NCBI GenBank assembly: GCA_032718475.1
Contig: JAUCBJ010007225.1
Span: 1 to 56,582 of the forward strand
Reading direction: 5' to 3'
DNA: 56,582 nucleotides
Source: Nemertoderma westbladi
Taxonomy: Eukaryota > Animalia > Xenacoelomorpha
A program made the position numbers and the translations under genes. Positions within the stretch are counted from its first letter, which is position 1, and the number at the start of each line of letters is the position of its first letter. Positions 21,963 through 34,655 of the stretch are shown here, in pieces. The notes beneath the pieces were generated by a model that did not search any database, was not told the DNA's origin, and saw only the letters and a list, made by a program, of their open reading frames with translations.

Positions 21963-23350
21963 GTCGCACTTTCTTCGCGCATTTAGACCTTTAGCAGTTT
22001 AACCCGCTAATTTAAGTGTCTTAGGTGTTGATAATCGCCCGTACTAAATTACATCAGCTGAAGCCGGTCTAGCACGGCGTATGACCCATGGGTGTGGGAG
22101 AATGGATTCTATTGTAGATAATGAAGTAGGCTATTTTGTATTATTCGATTGATCACTACTATATAATCTCCGACAACTATATTTACTTTCAGGGAAATAT
22201 TAACAGTTCCGTTGGGGCGTGGCGCTTTAAGTATTACTATTATGTCTGCACTAATTACAACGAGTGGCCGTGAGATAACGCAAATGGCGCATTCTTTAGG
22301 AATGCTTTATTAACCTTCACACTCAATTTCTGTACCAATAATCTCACTAACACACACTGATTTGCCAACTGTCACCGATTTTAGTCATATATAAGGAGGA
22401 TTGCAACTCACATACATTGGGGTTATGAAATAGCATTAAATTCATACAGACCACTATAAATTGAGCTACAATTGCTACTGATACACCCTTCTGCTTACCT
22501 CAGTAATTAAGAAAGTTAAGGGGGATTTAACGGTTATTCATTAGTATTCTCCAAATATAACATCCGTTAATATATAACAGCAACTAACAATATTATAAAA
22601 CAGTAAAAAACGGTGTTAGTGGTGCAACAGCTATGTTGCAGTATCAGAATTCAGAATTGTGGTATGCATTGATGTATGAAATATGTTATGTTATGAAATG
22701 TTAATAGATTTGCGTTCTTATGACTCTCTCAAGCCACTGATGTTTCCAGGCAAAGTCAAAACAGCCAGAAAATCAGAATGAATGAATTCTGAGAAATTTG
22801 TTGCATTGCGTCATTTTACATAGGCTACAGAGCACAGGTAAAGGGAGATCGCGCTGATTGGCTGAAATATGTCAACAAATAACACACGTCCTACACAAAG
22901 AAACAGCTGGTAGATTTCTTCATCTCAGCTCTGATTATGGACAGACGCGTAGATGCATAAGTTTATAAGTCCTTTAGAGTATTTCAGCGCATTGCTCAAA
23001 ATGATTTTTTTTGTCCGCAAAAGCTTTTACACACTTCTCCCTGTGTGCTTCTCGCTGTGTGTTTCTCTATATGGTTGGACATTACAGACCCTATAAACCA
23101 ATGTTGTGATTTTATTTACTACATCTGCAGGACTTCCCACTCTGTTTAATATTCTATTGTTCTAAATTTAATATGTACAAGCTGGTTGTAATTACCATTC
23201 GGATATTTTAACAAATTAAATTGTTATTTTAATTATCTACACGCTGCATTCACTTTTTAAAGGGACCTCCATGGAAACGAGAATAATCCTCATGGAGCAA
23301 TCCCTAACATTGTATGTACGTACAGTACAGGACAAGATAATCTATATTAT

Positions 23351-23961
23351 TGTTAGCGGACGCTGCACCACCCAGTGGAAAATAGGGAAAGTCGTGAATT
23401 ATGAATCACGATTAGATATGCAATATTGCCCAATGCAATATTGCATACTAGAGGGAACAAGGTAATATACACTGCCAGCTAGAGAGAGATGCCAACACAT
23501 CTCAGGAGGAAGCCAACACAGGGCCAGGAAAGACAGGGAGTGGCTAGGGGAGGAAAACCAACCAATAGTGGGGCGGTACACTATCAATTACTGCGCATTT
23601 ACTGATAGGTCAATACAGTAAGCAATGTGTGTAACCTCCTATGCAATGTCCATATACTGTTACTCAGTGTTAATTATGATTAAGTTGGCTATTATTCAGG
23701 GTAGAAGTTATACAGTTTAAACTGTCGTCGTTACTGCTGTCATTGTGCAATACTGATTGTGCTATATTACCGGTACTCATACTTCTGAGATTATTAACAA
23801 CAATAATTGGGTTTACACTAAAACTCAAAACTTTATTATACCAGCCTTCGGCCTTTCAGCCCCAAGCCTTCAGTGACAACCACATCAGCGGACGCGCCGA
23901 CGCGTATTGACCACGAAACACACACTGGTCGGGATCCCTCGCCAACTCTGATCCCATCACA
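23351..23961 (+). repeat. BEL/Pao 5' LTR
   Basis: Diverged direct repeat of 28219-28839. Confidence 0.92.
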
Positions 23962-25089
23962 GTTTAAACCTCGACTTAAATAGTTTAAACCTGCTTCTTT
24001 GTGATGAACATCAAAAGAAACGAGATGAGCGAACCAACAATGCCCCAGGGTTCGGAGAAGGGAGGAAGTCTGCCGCGCACTCCCAGCAACAGAGACGCAA
24101 TGATTTGGGAGGTGGCGACTAGGTGGTACCAGCCTGCCACACCAGATTCGCCGAAGAACGACTGTTTGGTTGGAGAAGAGGAAGGCGGATGAGTACGAGG
24201 TGATGAGGAACATGAGTTGATACAGGAGGAGAGCGGCGAGAAGAGCACCGGGGTCACCAGCCAACCAGTGGCTACAGGCGGCGAATGACCCACCGGAACA
24301 GCAATCGTGGGGCGGCCAGTGCCACGTCAGACGAGGAGAGGAGGACAGAAAGTTCAGGAGGAGGATGGTGGGACGAGCGATCGCCTATGACATTGGTACA
24401 TCACCACGAGAAAGATCCTCAATGATGCCAAGAAAGGAGGAAAGGTAGACAAGCCCAAGTTAAACCGCAGACTCGGTGAGTGCAATAAACATTTTCACTA
24501 CTTAGTCCGATTTGGGTAGGGCAAGTTGGCGAATGAGAGGGCGAGAGAGGTCGCCACATAAGTGTATGAATTGTGGTGATTGGGGATGATGCCGTATGGT
24601 GTAGTGTACATAGGGCCTTATCTAGTAGATGCGCAGGGCATTAAGTTAGTGGGTTGGGCAATTTCGAACGACGCCTATGCCGAGGTAAATCCAGAGGATT
24701 CTGTGTTGTCCATTGGTAAGACCACTAGCAAGCACAATAAAAATAGTAAAACCGGCAGGCGACGGGAGTCCGTCACAACCGAAAAGTCTGCTTCACACTC
24801 TGCGAAAGCAAGAAGGGTGTTAGAGAAAGATCTGGCATGTCAGCTAGACATGGTCGAGCTGTACCAAAGAGAGTTAGAGAGGCAGTTGGACGAGGGGACT
24901 GCGTGTTAGAAAGGGAGAGGAGGCTAGCGAGAGAGTGTAAAGAAAAAAAAAGGAAAGATCCAAAGGGAGAGGAGATAGTAGTGGAGGATGAGGGAAACGA
25001 ATCGGAGGGGGAGGAGATATTCAGCCAGTTAGTGAGGGAGGTTAAGGAGGTGTCATCACAATCTAAGACAATAGAGTCGAGTGATAACC

Positions 25090-26430
25090 CAATGGATAGG
25101 CTACACGTTTATAGCTCTAGCTGGTATAAGACGAAGAAGTTTATGGCATATCTGAGAGCTTACTGAGAATTCCTCAGGGGAGCTGGTACGGGTAGGAAAC
25201 CTAAACCACCATTGATCTGGAAGGAGCGGCCAAAGCCGTGATAAATATGAGCAAGGGAAGGCATTCGGGGACAAAATTAACTGTATTAAGAATCAATAAT
25301 GTCTTCGACACGATAGCAGGATCCATGCGCTGTCGCCGCAACTGGATGAGGATGGAATCCTGGTCATGAATTCCAGGGTGGCTAATAACACCAGTGCCTT
25401 GGTTCCACCAAAGCCTGTAATAATCCCTAACAAGTCATCAATTGTTCACCAGATCATATGGGATGCCCATAAGACCATAGTTCATGGTGGTACCAATGCA
25501 ACCTTAAACGCGATTAGGAATAAATAGTGGATAACTCAACTTTGGAGATGGTGAAGGCGGTAGTGGGGCAATTCCAGACATGCCGGCGGATGAAGAAGGA
25601 GAGGGCCATGCAGGAGATGGCTCCACTGCGAACAACTAGGGTGAGGCATCACGACCCACTGTTCACACAAAGTAGCGTGGACATGTTTGGGCTGATAAAG
25701 ATCAAGGTTGTGGCATACCGAGAAGCGCTACGTTATAATCTTTGTATGTAATAACACAAGGGCCGTGGGTATAGAACTGGCGCAGGACGCTACGGCGTCG
25801 GCATTTATCAATGCGCTAGAAAGATTCGTGACCTGTCGAGGAGGAACAGTCAAAGTGCTTTACTCCGATAATGGGACCAACTTCATTGGAGCAGAGAATG
25901 AGTTGGTGGAGGCCTTCGACATTTGGGAGGGAGAGGATGTTAAGGGGGCAATGAGGAGGCACCTGATTAGATGGGAAAGGAGGATGCCATATGCACCACA
26001 TATGCTGGGTTGTGTAGAACGTCTAGTAGGAAGCTCAAAGCAGCTCATGAACAATCATATGGTAACCGAGGATGTATTGAGGACGGTGCTGGCAAAGTGC
26101 GAGGGGATATTCAACAGCTTACCGCTGTATCTCGAGAACCATGATCCAGAGACGCTGGACGTTCTTACGCCAGCACATCTTTTAATGGAGAGGCCAGCAA
26201 TGATAGACATGCGAAATATCGACCCAGACGATATAAACTCGCGTCAGAGCTGGAAGGTAGCTAAGGCAATAAGTGCAGAGTATTGGAAAAGGTGGATTCA
26301 AGAGTACCTGCCAACGCTGCACAACAGAAGCAAGTGGAGGAATAGTCAGAAGGAGCTTAGGAAGGGTGATTTAATAATCGTGATCGACAACACGATTATC
26401 AACAATCACTGGAGGCTAGCCAGGGTAGTT
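25090..26430 (+). pseudogene. BEL/Pao pol remnant (post-RNase H region, integrase and C-terminal extension)
   Basis: YSSSWYKTKKFMAYL, HGG..CxxC region, VDMFG, KRYVIIFVCNNTRAVGIEL, YSDNGTNFIGA, APHMLGCVERLV, WKRWIQEYLPTL..RSKW, with stops and frameshifts. Confidence 0.88.
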
Positions 26431-26555
26431 AAATACTATTCACTCAAGTGGGGTGCGAGATCGGGGAGGGAGGAGTTATATCACTTCCGAAGGGGGACGA
26501 TTAAGACATACCAGAAGAGGTATATCTTACAGGAGGACTGGATAATAATTGGTTA

Positions 26556-27516
26556 GTGAACCTATTCATGACGGTGGTCATCGGCAAAGAGCCGACGGCA
26601 TTTCTACTGATGGGAGGACCTCTGAACCACAGGAGAGCCTTTAGAACTGCCTTTGAAGGTCTTGTAGACCACCCAGGGCATAAAGGCGAGTTGGTGTATT
26701 ACAATACCACAGTATTACAATATCACAATTACTCCACAGATCCCAACGGTTGCGTGGGGCCAAGGACGAGTTTGGGAGGCAGACTGTGATAGACGGCTGC
26801 GACTACTGTGGGCGGTTAACCCACCAGCAGAAGAACTGTCTGTATCGCTACGAGAAAGGGGCGACGTGTCTGTACTGCCACGACTCCACCCATAGGATGG
26901 GTGCATGCCCAAAGCTACACCATACATGTAGTAAGTGCAGATTTAGGGGGCACTTTGAGCATCAATGCGACTGGATGGACAACGAGGAGAAGTTTCACAT
27001 TTATGAGGATTGGGCCGACATCGGTGTCATGACCAGACAGACCAGACTGGTGGGGGTTTTTTAACATTAACAAGGAGGCCCACCAAGAAATCACTAGGAA
27101 GAGACTGCCATTCACCTACCAGGAGGTAGCGATGGCGGCATCACACGGAGGGGTTATTAACACCCAATGGTACCTCAACAGGTGGTCACCAGAGAATAGA
27201 ATGGAGTTTGGAGCTTTCTGGCAGAACATATACCACGTGCCATGAAGATCATCAGCTTTTGGGATGCTACCAGAGGAAAGCAGGAGGGACACTCAGTGGG
27301 ACCACCAGCGAAACGATACCCCGAAATGATAATGGCCGCACCCAAGGATCCAACTACGGGGGTTGGCAAAGCTGCGTCGGCATGGATGAGTGCCCTAAAG
27401 AGCAAACAAGAAGAATAGAAACGCCCGAGACAGGATGCCAAAAGGGGCAAGGAGATGAGGTGGTTTCCAGAGGAAACGGGAGGGGAAACTTTAGGATTGA
27501 TGACGCACTGTATTGA
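26556..27516 (+). pseudogene. Extra reading frame 3' of integrase with three CCHC zinc knuckles
   Basis: CDYCGRLTHQQKNC, CLYCHDSTHRMGAC and CSKCRFRGHFEHQC (each CX2CX4HX4C) in ORF 26750-27064, flanked by same-strand fragments. Confidence 0.65.
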
Positions 27517-28218
27517 TATGCCTGGAAGGCACCGTGAGGATTAAAACTAACTGAGACTCGAGGTTCATACCTTTTTATATAAGTTTAAAATTAGTGCATG
27601 CCATACATATGTAATCAATCATAAAGTGCAATATGTAGATCTATAATAATATAATGTACGTAGGGTACTATAGTCAGATATAACCTTTTCCAATTAGCTA
27701 CTGGGACAGGTGACTAATTGACTGGAACAGGAGGACGAGACAAAGGACTCACTTATCATATGTGTGCACATGTGTGAGACTGTGGGGACCCAGCAGGAGT
27801 GTAGGGAGTGAGAGTAAAACGGGGTTGAGTACGAGAGGGGTATGATGAAGAGGTGTGAGAGTTTGAGGAAAGGTGAAGGGTGCGAGATTCAAGTGTTGGG
27901 AGCGAGCTGAGTGGAGGATGAGTCCTATGGGACTGACGAGGTGAGGAAGTAATTGGGAGATCGGATAATAATATCCAGAGGAAATCGAGTGAGGAAGAGA
28001 GGCGATCGTCTAAATAGAGACGCCAGATACCTTGGTACAAATTAGCTCGCAGATGTACCAAGGGTCGGTAGTGAGAACAGACCCATGGGGGCCAGTCTGG
28101 AAAACTGGCCCCAGAAAAATATACCACCCCACATCCAATATTAGATTGAATTCCAGTGGAATTGGAGCGCACTTGAGGTTGATGCTATCTTCTCACCGGG
28201 AAGATAGCATGGGGGGAG

Positions 28219-28839
28219 TGTTAGCGGATCCAATCCACTGCACCACCCAGCAGAAAATGAGGAAAGTCGTGATTTACGAATCACGATTAGATATGCAATA
28301 TTACCCAACGCAATATTGCATACTAGAGGGAACGAGGCAATATACACTGCGAGCTAGAGAGAGATGTCAACACAACTCAGGGGGAAACCAACACAGGGCC
28401 ATGAAAGACAGGGAGTGGCTAGGGGAGGTAAACCAACCAATAGTGGGGTGGTACACCATCAATTAGCGCGCATTTACTGGTAGTTCAATACAGTAAGCAA
28501 TGTGTGTAACCTCCTATGTAATGTCCTTATAACTGTTACTAAGTGTTAATTATGTTCTGTTGGCTATTATTCAGGGTAGAAGTTATACGGTTTAAACCGT
28601 GGTTGTTACTGCTATCATTGTGCAATACTGATTGTGCTATATTACCGGTACTCATACTTCTGAGATTATTAATATCAATAATTGGGTTTACCCTAAAACT
28701 CTGAACTTTTTTAAACCGGCCTTCGGCCTTTCAGCACCAAGCCTTTAGTAACAACCACATCATCAGCGGCCGCGGTGACGCGTATTGACCACGAAACACA
28801 CACCGGTCGGGATCCCTAGCCAACTCGGATCCCGTCACA
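28219..28839 (+). repeat. BEL/Pao 3' LTR
   Basis: Preceded by the PPT, followed by TSD ATTAT. Confidence 0.92.
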
Positions 28840-29074
28840 ATTATATATATTTTTTTTTCTTCTTCAACATCGCTGCATGCAGAAAGGAAATCCAACATCG
28901 TAGGCGTAATTCTGTAGAAGGCTCAACTGATTTAGATAATACGAGAATGGATAGGTTATTGTTATGGCTGAAGCTTTGGGTGTCTTGATGTACAGAAATA
29001 ACTACAAAGCGAGTTTGTAAACAACACTCCAACCCCCATGACAAACAAAACAATTATGGATACTGTAGTGCTGA

Positions 29075-29262
29075 AATGCATGCTGATTGGTTACTGTTCC
29101 TTGGCCGCCTGGCAACAATTATTAATATTTTTTAGCGGCATACATACATATGTGTAAAATTTCACACTGATCATTTTTTCACTGTTTTCCTGGGGGTTTA
29201 TTAGTGTATTCCCTTTGTTTTACAGTGTTTCCTTAAGGTGTAATGAGCGAGGAGTACATTTA
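29075..29262 (+). mobile_element. Diverged single-arm relic related to the foldback element at 47984-49138
   Basis: CTGATTGGTTAC..TTGG..GCCTGGCAACAA...TTTTTTCACTGTTTTCC...GCGAGGAGTACATTTA colinear with 48789-48995. Confidence 0.7.
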
Positions 29263-29380
29263 CTGTAGGAATACCAATTTATTTTTAAATTTTTTAACTT
29301 TTTAAATTAATACCAAAGTTTCCTGCTTTATCTCTTATATATATATATAAGAGTTAAAGTTTTAACTCTTAACAAAAATT

Positions 29381-29419
<39 letters not shown>

Positions 29420-29995
29420 CAACAGAGTACGCGATACACACTCTTACAGTACCAGAGCTAGTGCTTCAAACTTCTACCTCCCGAATTGTAAATCCTTTGA
29501 ATCTGATACTTTCTTTTTTAACGGCATAAAAAATTGGAACGCTCTGCCTAATGAAATTAAAAACCTAGATAATCAACATTCTTTTAAATCAGCAGTTAAA
29601 TCTCATCTCCGTGTGCAATGTAAAAATAGGTACAATAGTCCTACAGTAAGTTATTAGCTTATTAATTATTTACTATTTATGCTGTAAATACGTTTTATAA
29701 TAAATTGTTCTGTACATTACATCTTTATCGTTGAGTTGGGCATTGTCACGCTCTCGGTAAAGTTGTACATGTACATAGTGTAATTACGTTTTATATTGGT
29801 TTTAGGTTAGCGTAGTGTAATATTGTATTTGTAACCAAGTAACATAAAGGACCCCCTTGGAAATAAGCTGCAAAGCTTTAGGGGTAATCCTATATGTTAT
29901 GTTGGACAATACCTTTATACCGGTACATTGTTTGGTGTATTTGTTATTATTTTTACATAATGTATAAATAAATCTATCTATCTATCTATCTATCT
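29420..29995 (+). mobile_element. Heavily 5'-truncated CR1/L2-group (Daphne/Crack-like) LINE
   Basis: Encodes HSYSTRAS...TFFFNGIKNWNALPNEIK...SFKSAVKSHL (ORF2 C-terminus), a structured 3' UTR motif at 29849-29890, AATAAA and an (ATCT)n tail. Confidence 0.85.
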
Positions 29996-30026
29996 TATAC
30001 AGTATATACCGGTATATAAGAGTTAA

Positions 30027-31586
30027 CCCTATTAGTACCGGGCTATGAAATGCTGTACAAATACCGGGGGGGGGGGGGGTCATATTGACCCCTCCCTCTA
30101 AAATCTACAAATATTAACGAAAACGTCTGATTTTTTGTTTGTACGTAGGTATCACTAGTCTGGATCCGACCGAAAAAAAAAAATTTCAAAAAAATGGACT
30201 GGAGTGGTAATATTGCAGCACCAAAATTACAAGTAGTGCACAATTTTCACAAAATTTGAAAGTTACATTTTTCGGCTAATTGTTTTTTAATACAGGTTTT
30301 CTGGGGCGCAAAATACATTGGAAAATATTTAAAAATGATATGATTACCATAAATGGCTGTTTAGTCCTCTATGCGTAGGAAAAAAATGAAAAAAACAAGT
30401 AACCAGCACTTTTCAGTTAGAACACAAAATTTTTAATTCACTTATACGATGCTATAAATTCACATTTTTAGGTTTTCTAGGGCGCTGATTCTAATGGAAT
30501 ACATTTCAAATATGCCAGATCATTGCTACTTGTATTTTTCGGCGTAATTTGGCAAATTTTGGTGCTAGCACCAAATTTCGTACACATCACCAAAAAGTAC
30601 AAGTTTGCGATGTCCAGTGCTGTTTTTATTGTTTCCATCGGATTCAGGACCCTCATAAACCCGTATAACGAAAGAAACAAGATGATACTATCTACTGATC
30701 AATTTACTCATTTTCCAAAATTTGGTGCAAAACAACAATTTTCACCCACCGGCGAAAAATACAAGTTTGAAAACTCTTATGAAATTTTTACTGATTCCAC
30801 TGAATTCAGAACCCTAACAAACCAGTATAACGCAAGAAACAAGATGACACAATCAATTGATATATTTGATGGTTTTCAAAATGTGGTACTAGCACCACAT
30901 TTTGCACCCACTTCCGAAAAATACAAGTTTGAGATGTCTAGTTCGATAATTATATATTCCATTGAATTCAGAACAGCCATAAACCTCTAAAATGCAAGAA
31001 ATAAATTGTCACAAGCAATTTTATCTATTGAATGGATTTTCAAAATTTCGTGCTAGCACCAAAATTTGCACACAGCACCGAAAAATACAAGTTTGATACA
31101 CTTGGTGCAACTCGTATATATTTCATCGAAACCAGAACCCCAAAAAACCCAAATTGCGTAAAAAACAAGTTTCAAACAATCAATTTACAAAATTGACATA
31201 TTTCAAAATTTGGTGCTGGCACCAAAATTTGGCACTCGCCGAAAAAAACAAGTTTGAAATTTCTAAATCAATTTATATGAATTCCATCCAATTGCTAACA
31301 CCAAAAAACCGGTGTAAATAAAAAATAGAGATGTTACAATTAATATTTAATGAAATGTAATTTTCAAAAAACGTCTCAAAAAAAGTGCCAAAAGTAGGGT
31401 TAAAAAATGGTGCTATAATTCGAAAACTACCCAATATTTTTGAAAACGGTTTTCACTACTAGGAAGACAATAGATTTTTAGGAAAAGTCATAAAATTTCA
31501 GAATTCCAACTGCGTTTGTTTCAGAATTATAATAAAAAAACCACGGGAGGGGTCATATTGACCCCCCCCCCCCGGGTTTAATAGGG
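30027..31586. mobile_element. Non-autonomous piggyBac-like element
   Basis: TTAA TSD (30023-30026, 31587-31590), CCCTATTA...TAATAGGG termini, and subterminal GGGGTCATATTGACCCC palindromes at both ends. Confidence 0.88.
30545..31330 (+). repeat. ~163-bp diverged tandem repeat (about 5 units) inside the piggyBac-like element
   Basis: GGTGCTAGCACCAAAATTT...GAAAAATACAAGTTTG recurring at ~30561, 30724, 30885, 31050 and 31212. Confidence 0.82.
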
Positions 31587-32398
31587 TTAAAGCTACATAT
31601 TTATATATATAGATATTTTAACTCTTTTCCGGGCCAGCCTTTCTAATTTTATTTTATATGTAACTCTAAATTATATCCATCTATAATTAGTAAATCTGTA
31701 ATAAATAATACAGTATCAATATCTCAGTTCTACTGTACATGGGGCTATTACGTTCTACAGTAGTATGAGTGTTAATGTGTTTTAGAACATCATTTATTAG
31801 GCCTATAAATACAGTAACTGGCAAAATTTGTACATATCACCTAGGATGAGTTATTAGGTTTAGTAGATTGTAGTTAAAAACAGGTACTGTCAATATTGCT
31901 TTATGTTTTGGTGTTATTCATAAAATTGAACCAAAAATAACCACACAAATCTCCTGATTTTCAGGTTTTGAAGTCGTTATATTTGATTTGGGGTACCGGT
32001 ACCATAAAACCCCCACAGAACATAAAATATTAAGAGAATTCAAAAGTTTCTAATTTTTGTTGATGTAGACCAAAGTAATAGTACAATAATTATGTACAAT
32101 AATAGTACTGTAGTAGTACAATAATTAAGACGCGGTAAGTACCAAGTAAACGTTTAGTCTATCAATTTTAAAGAACTCTCGAATAATTAGCGGTATGACT
32201 GTACGTGCATACTGTACATTAATGGGTTTCCTACTGTAGTAACATCAATTTTTAACTAAAAAAACAAAATTTACCCATTTCTTTCCCCCTTACGATACAA
32301 ATGTCATTTAATTCACAGTAAGGTTAAATTAAAACTACAGTATATTATTATACACAGCCATTAAACAAGACTTAGTAATAAATTATTAATATTTCCAG

Positions 32399-32788
32399 CT
32401 TGAAGATGTGGTAAACATTCTACCACGTGAGTTTATAAAGGAAGGAAACTTATACAAACATAAAAATAATGATATAAAAGAGTATTGGGGAGAAATTACG
32501 TTAAAAGTTAATGGTAAACTTCAGTTGAGTGTGAATAGTAGAGGAAAGCACAACCCGAAAGCAGATCGCGTTTATGACCTTAAATATTACGACGCAAAAC
32601 TTATTGAAATGGTTAAGAATGATGGATCCGTGGAATTCTACGTTTCTCTTATCCCGCGTGTGAATGCGACTAAGAAGTACCAGCTTCTCTCGTTTGATGC
32701 CAGAACCGGTGATGCTGGTAAAAAAGAAAGTTCCATCTGGCTCTCCGCTATCACTCAGGAAGGCGGTGCTCGCCTTTTACACTCCTAA
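32399..32788 (+). CDS. Terminal exon encoding a PH (pleckstrin homology) domain
   Basis: Acceptor ATTTCCAG| at 32398 in phase 0. IKEGNLYK first strand and C-terminal helix ESSIWLSAI with the conserved Trp. Confidence 0.72.
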   Translation, partial: LEDVVNILPREFIKEGNLYKHKNNDIKEYWGEITLKVNGKLQLSVNSRGKHNPKADRVYDLKYYDAKLIEMVKNDGSVEFYVSLIPRVNATKKYQLLSFDARTGDAGKKESSIWLSAITQEGGARLLHS

Positions 32789-32809
32789 TTACTGATCCTA
32801 TTTTCATAA

Positions 32810-33187
32810 GGCCCGTTTCCGCGCTGCTTTTTTATGTGAGGTATTCTGAGCTTTTTTTGAGCAGTTTTTTCTAGCTATTTTTGATCTTTTTTCAAGCTTT
32901 TTTTTGAGCTTTTTTTCAAGCCTGCTATGCCTTTTATAAAACGTTCAGTTAAAATTAAGATGTAATATGAATGTTCTAGAATTAGATAATTATGATATTC
33001 GCACAGCTTTATTTGAGCTTTTTTTCTAGCTTGTTTTTTTTAGCTTTTTTGGAGCTTTATTCTATATTTTAGGTTATAGCATTCGAAAATGCTCAGATTC
33101 ATCTTGAAGCAATTAATTTCTAGAAATTGTTTTAACTAAAAAAAAGCTTGAAATAAAGCTCAAAACAAAGCAGCGCGGAAACGGGCC
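32810..33187. mobile_element. PIF/Harbinger-like MITE
   Basis: Perfect TIR GGCCCGTTTCCGCGCTGCTTT / AAAGCAGCGCGGAAACGGGCC. Left flank TAA, right flank TTT (TSD imperfect). Internal AGCTTTTTT repeats. Confidence 0.75.
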
Positions 33188-33920
33188 TTTTCTTTAGTGA
33201 TGGCTTCGTTAAGGGATATTTTCTAGATAAACGCGGATGATAACTCTAACGAATAATTATATAATTAATTCAATTGAAATGCTTTATTAATTATTTGAAC
33301 ACGATAAGCCCCCACCACCCTCCCCCCACACACATGGGGAGCGTTTGGTAAATTGAAACGGCGCTACTCGGATTCTTATATTAATATAACCTTACACCTA
33401 ATTTTACGTCACTGCACGGTCAGCTTTACCCTTTGTATACTAAAGTTTTTATTCTTATCGCCACATAGACATAATCTAAACAATTAAATATGCACTGCGA
33501 AGTTATGTACTCATGTACAATAATTATTAGCAATGCGAATTGAAAGGAAGTGCAGGACAATAACATCCGCAATTTTACTAATTATTGTTATGAAAATATA
33601 ACTAAAGGATGCCAATTAAGTAGAATTAAAATATTACATATTATAGCCACAATGTCCCTCTTGCAAACACCCCAAGGATGCATCTATGACGGTACATGCG
33701 GGAACTTGAAAGTTCAAAATATTTAAAATTTTATGTCAAACACACAGGCAATATCACCGAAAAAAAAATCAAAAAACACAATATATATATATCGATATAT
33801 ATTACTGTACAAAATACTGTCAGTATTGCACTGAGTGTACATTTTAATGTTTAATGGGGGGTGGGCAAAATAATTAATTTAAGTAACCATTGCGATATTA
33901 AACAATGTGCAGCATGATTT

Positions 33921-34186
33921 GTCGCGGTGTCCGAGTGGATACGGCGCCTGTACTGGTTAAACTATAGTTTTTGGTGGCGCAGGTTCGAATCCAACTAAAG
34001 GCTGTAGAAATTTCGCACTGTTGTGTCACTGGGCAAGACACTTTAGACAATAGTGCCTACGCCAACCCAGCGGTATAATGGGAACCTGGCTTGCTGGAGT
34101 AATGATAATAAAAGCGCTGAGTATGCCGAGCGTAGAAAAGCGCTACCGGTATACGTACTGTATAAATAATCAATATTATTATTATT
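33921..34186 (+). mobile_element. tRNA-derived SINE with CORE-like body and L2-type tail
   Basis: A box TGTCCGAGTGG, B box GGTTCGAATCC, GTGTCACTGGGCAAGACACTTTA core, AAAGCGCT...AGCGCTA stem and (ATT)n tail. Confidence 0.85.
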
Positions 34187-34327
34187 TAACCCAACTACAG
34201 TATAAGACATCACAATAAATAAACAAAATGCTACTAAAATGTTTCTTGCTGTTGTCCTGTCTGGAATTTTCAATATTCAATTGATGTATTTCACACTGCC
34301 ATTAAAAGATGTAGTCTACTCTATTTA

Positions 34328-34655
34328 GTACTACTACTACTAGGTCGAGCGAGCTCGGGCAGTATATGTTATAGCCGGTCGTCCAGTCCACCACGTCTCC
34401 AGCTGCTGTTTATGACTGCCCTTAGTATTCTTGTGTAGCAACCAGTGTGAATCCCAGATCTTCACCCTTTGTGGCCTTCCCCATTGCGTAATCCAGTCCA
34501 TGTCAATGTGTGAACCGCCTCGGCGGATTCCGAGTGGCCCACTCTCCCATGTGTGTACTGGACTTCGGATCTTCCGTACACCAACATGGTCAGGTCAGAT
34601 CCAAATATTCACCTGAGACCGCCAAATGGCGCGCTATATGAAGTACCGTGCAGAC
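34328..34655 (-). mobile_element. Short internally deleted RTE derivative
   Basis: ~52-bp near-identity of 34445-34496 to outer-RTE RT sequence 12972-13023, and a CCTAGTAGTAG tail as in the RTE ending at 20841. The 5' limit is approximate. Confidence 0.7.

Larger units (their letters stand above)
23351..28839 (+). mobile_element. BEL/Pao LTR retrotransposon, internally deleted and degraded
   Basis: ~610-620-bp TGTT...CACA LTRs, 5-bp TSD ATTAT (23346-23350, 28840-28844), PPT GGGGGGAG (28211-28218), BEL-type integrase. No recognisable PR or RT. Confidence 0.92.

Noticed and set aside
23836-28466. Short ORFs in and antisense to the BEL LTRs and internal region, and antisense ORFs over other TE genes
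   Set aside because: Shadow frames of TE coding sequence or LTR duplicates, with no independent motifs.
30523-30990. 155-aa ORF with internal repeats
   Set aside because: TTG start and translation of a ~163-bp non-triplet repeat inside a MITE.
33921-33995. tRNA genes at 33921, 46944 and 50230
   Set aside because: A/B boxes are present but no complete cloverleaf or acceptor stem could be drawn, and each continues into a SINE body or the ribozyme cassette.
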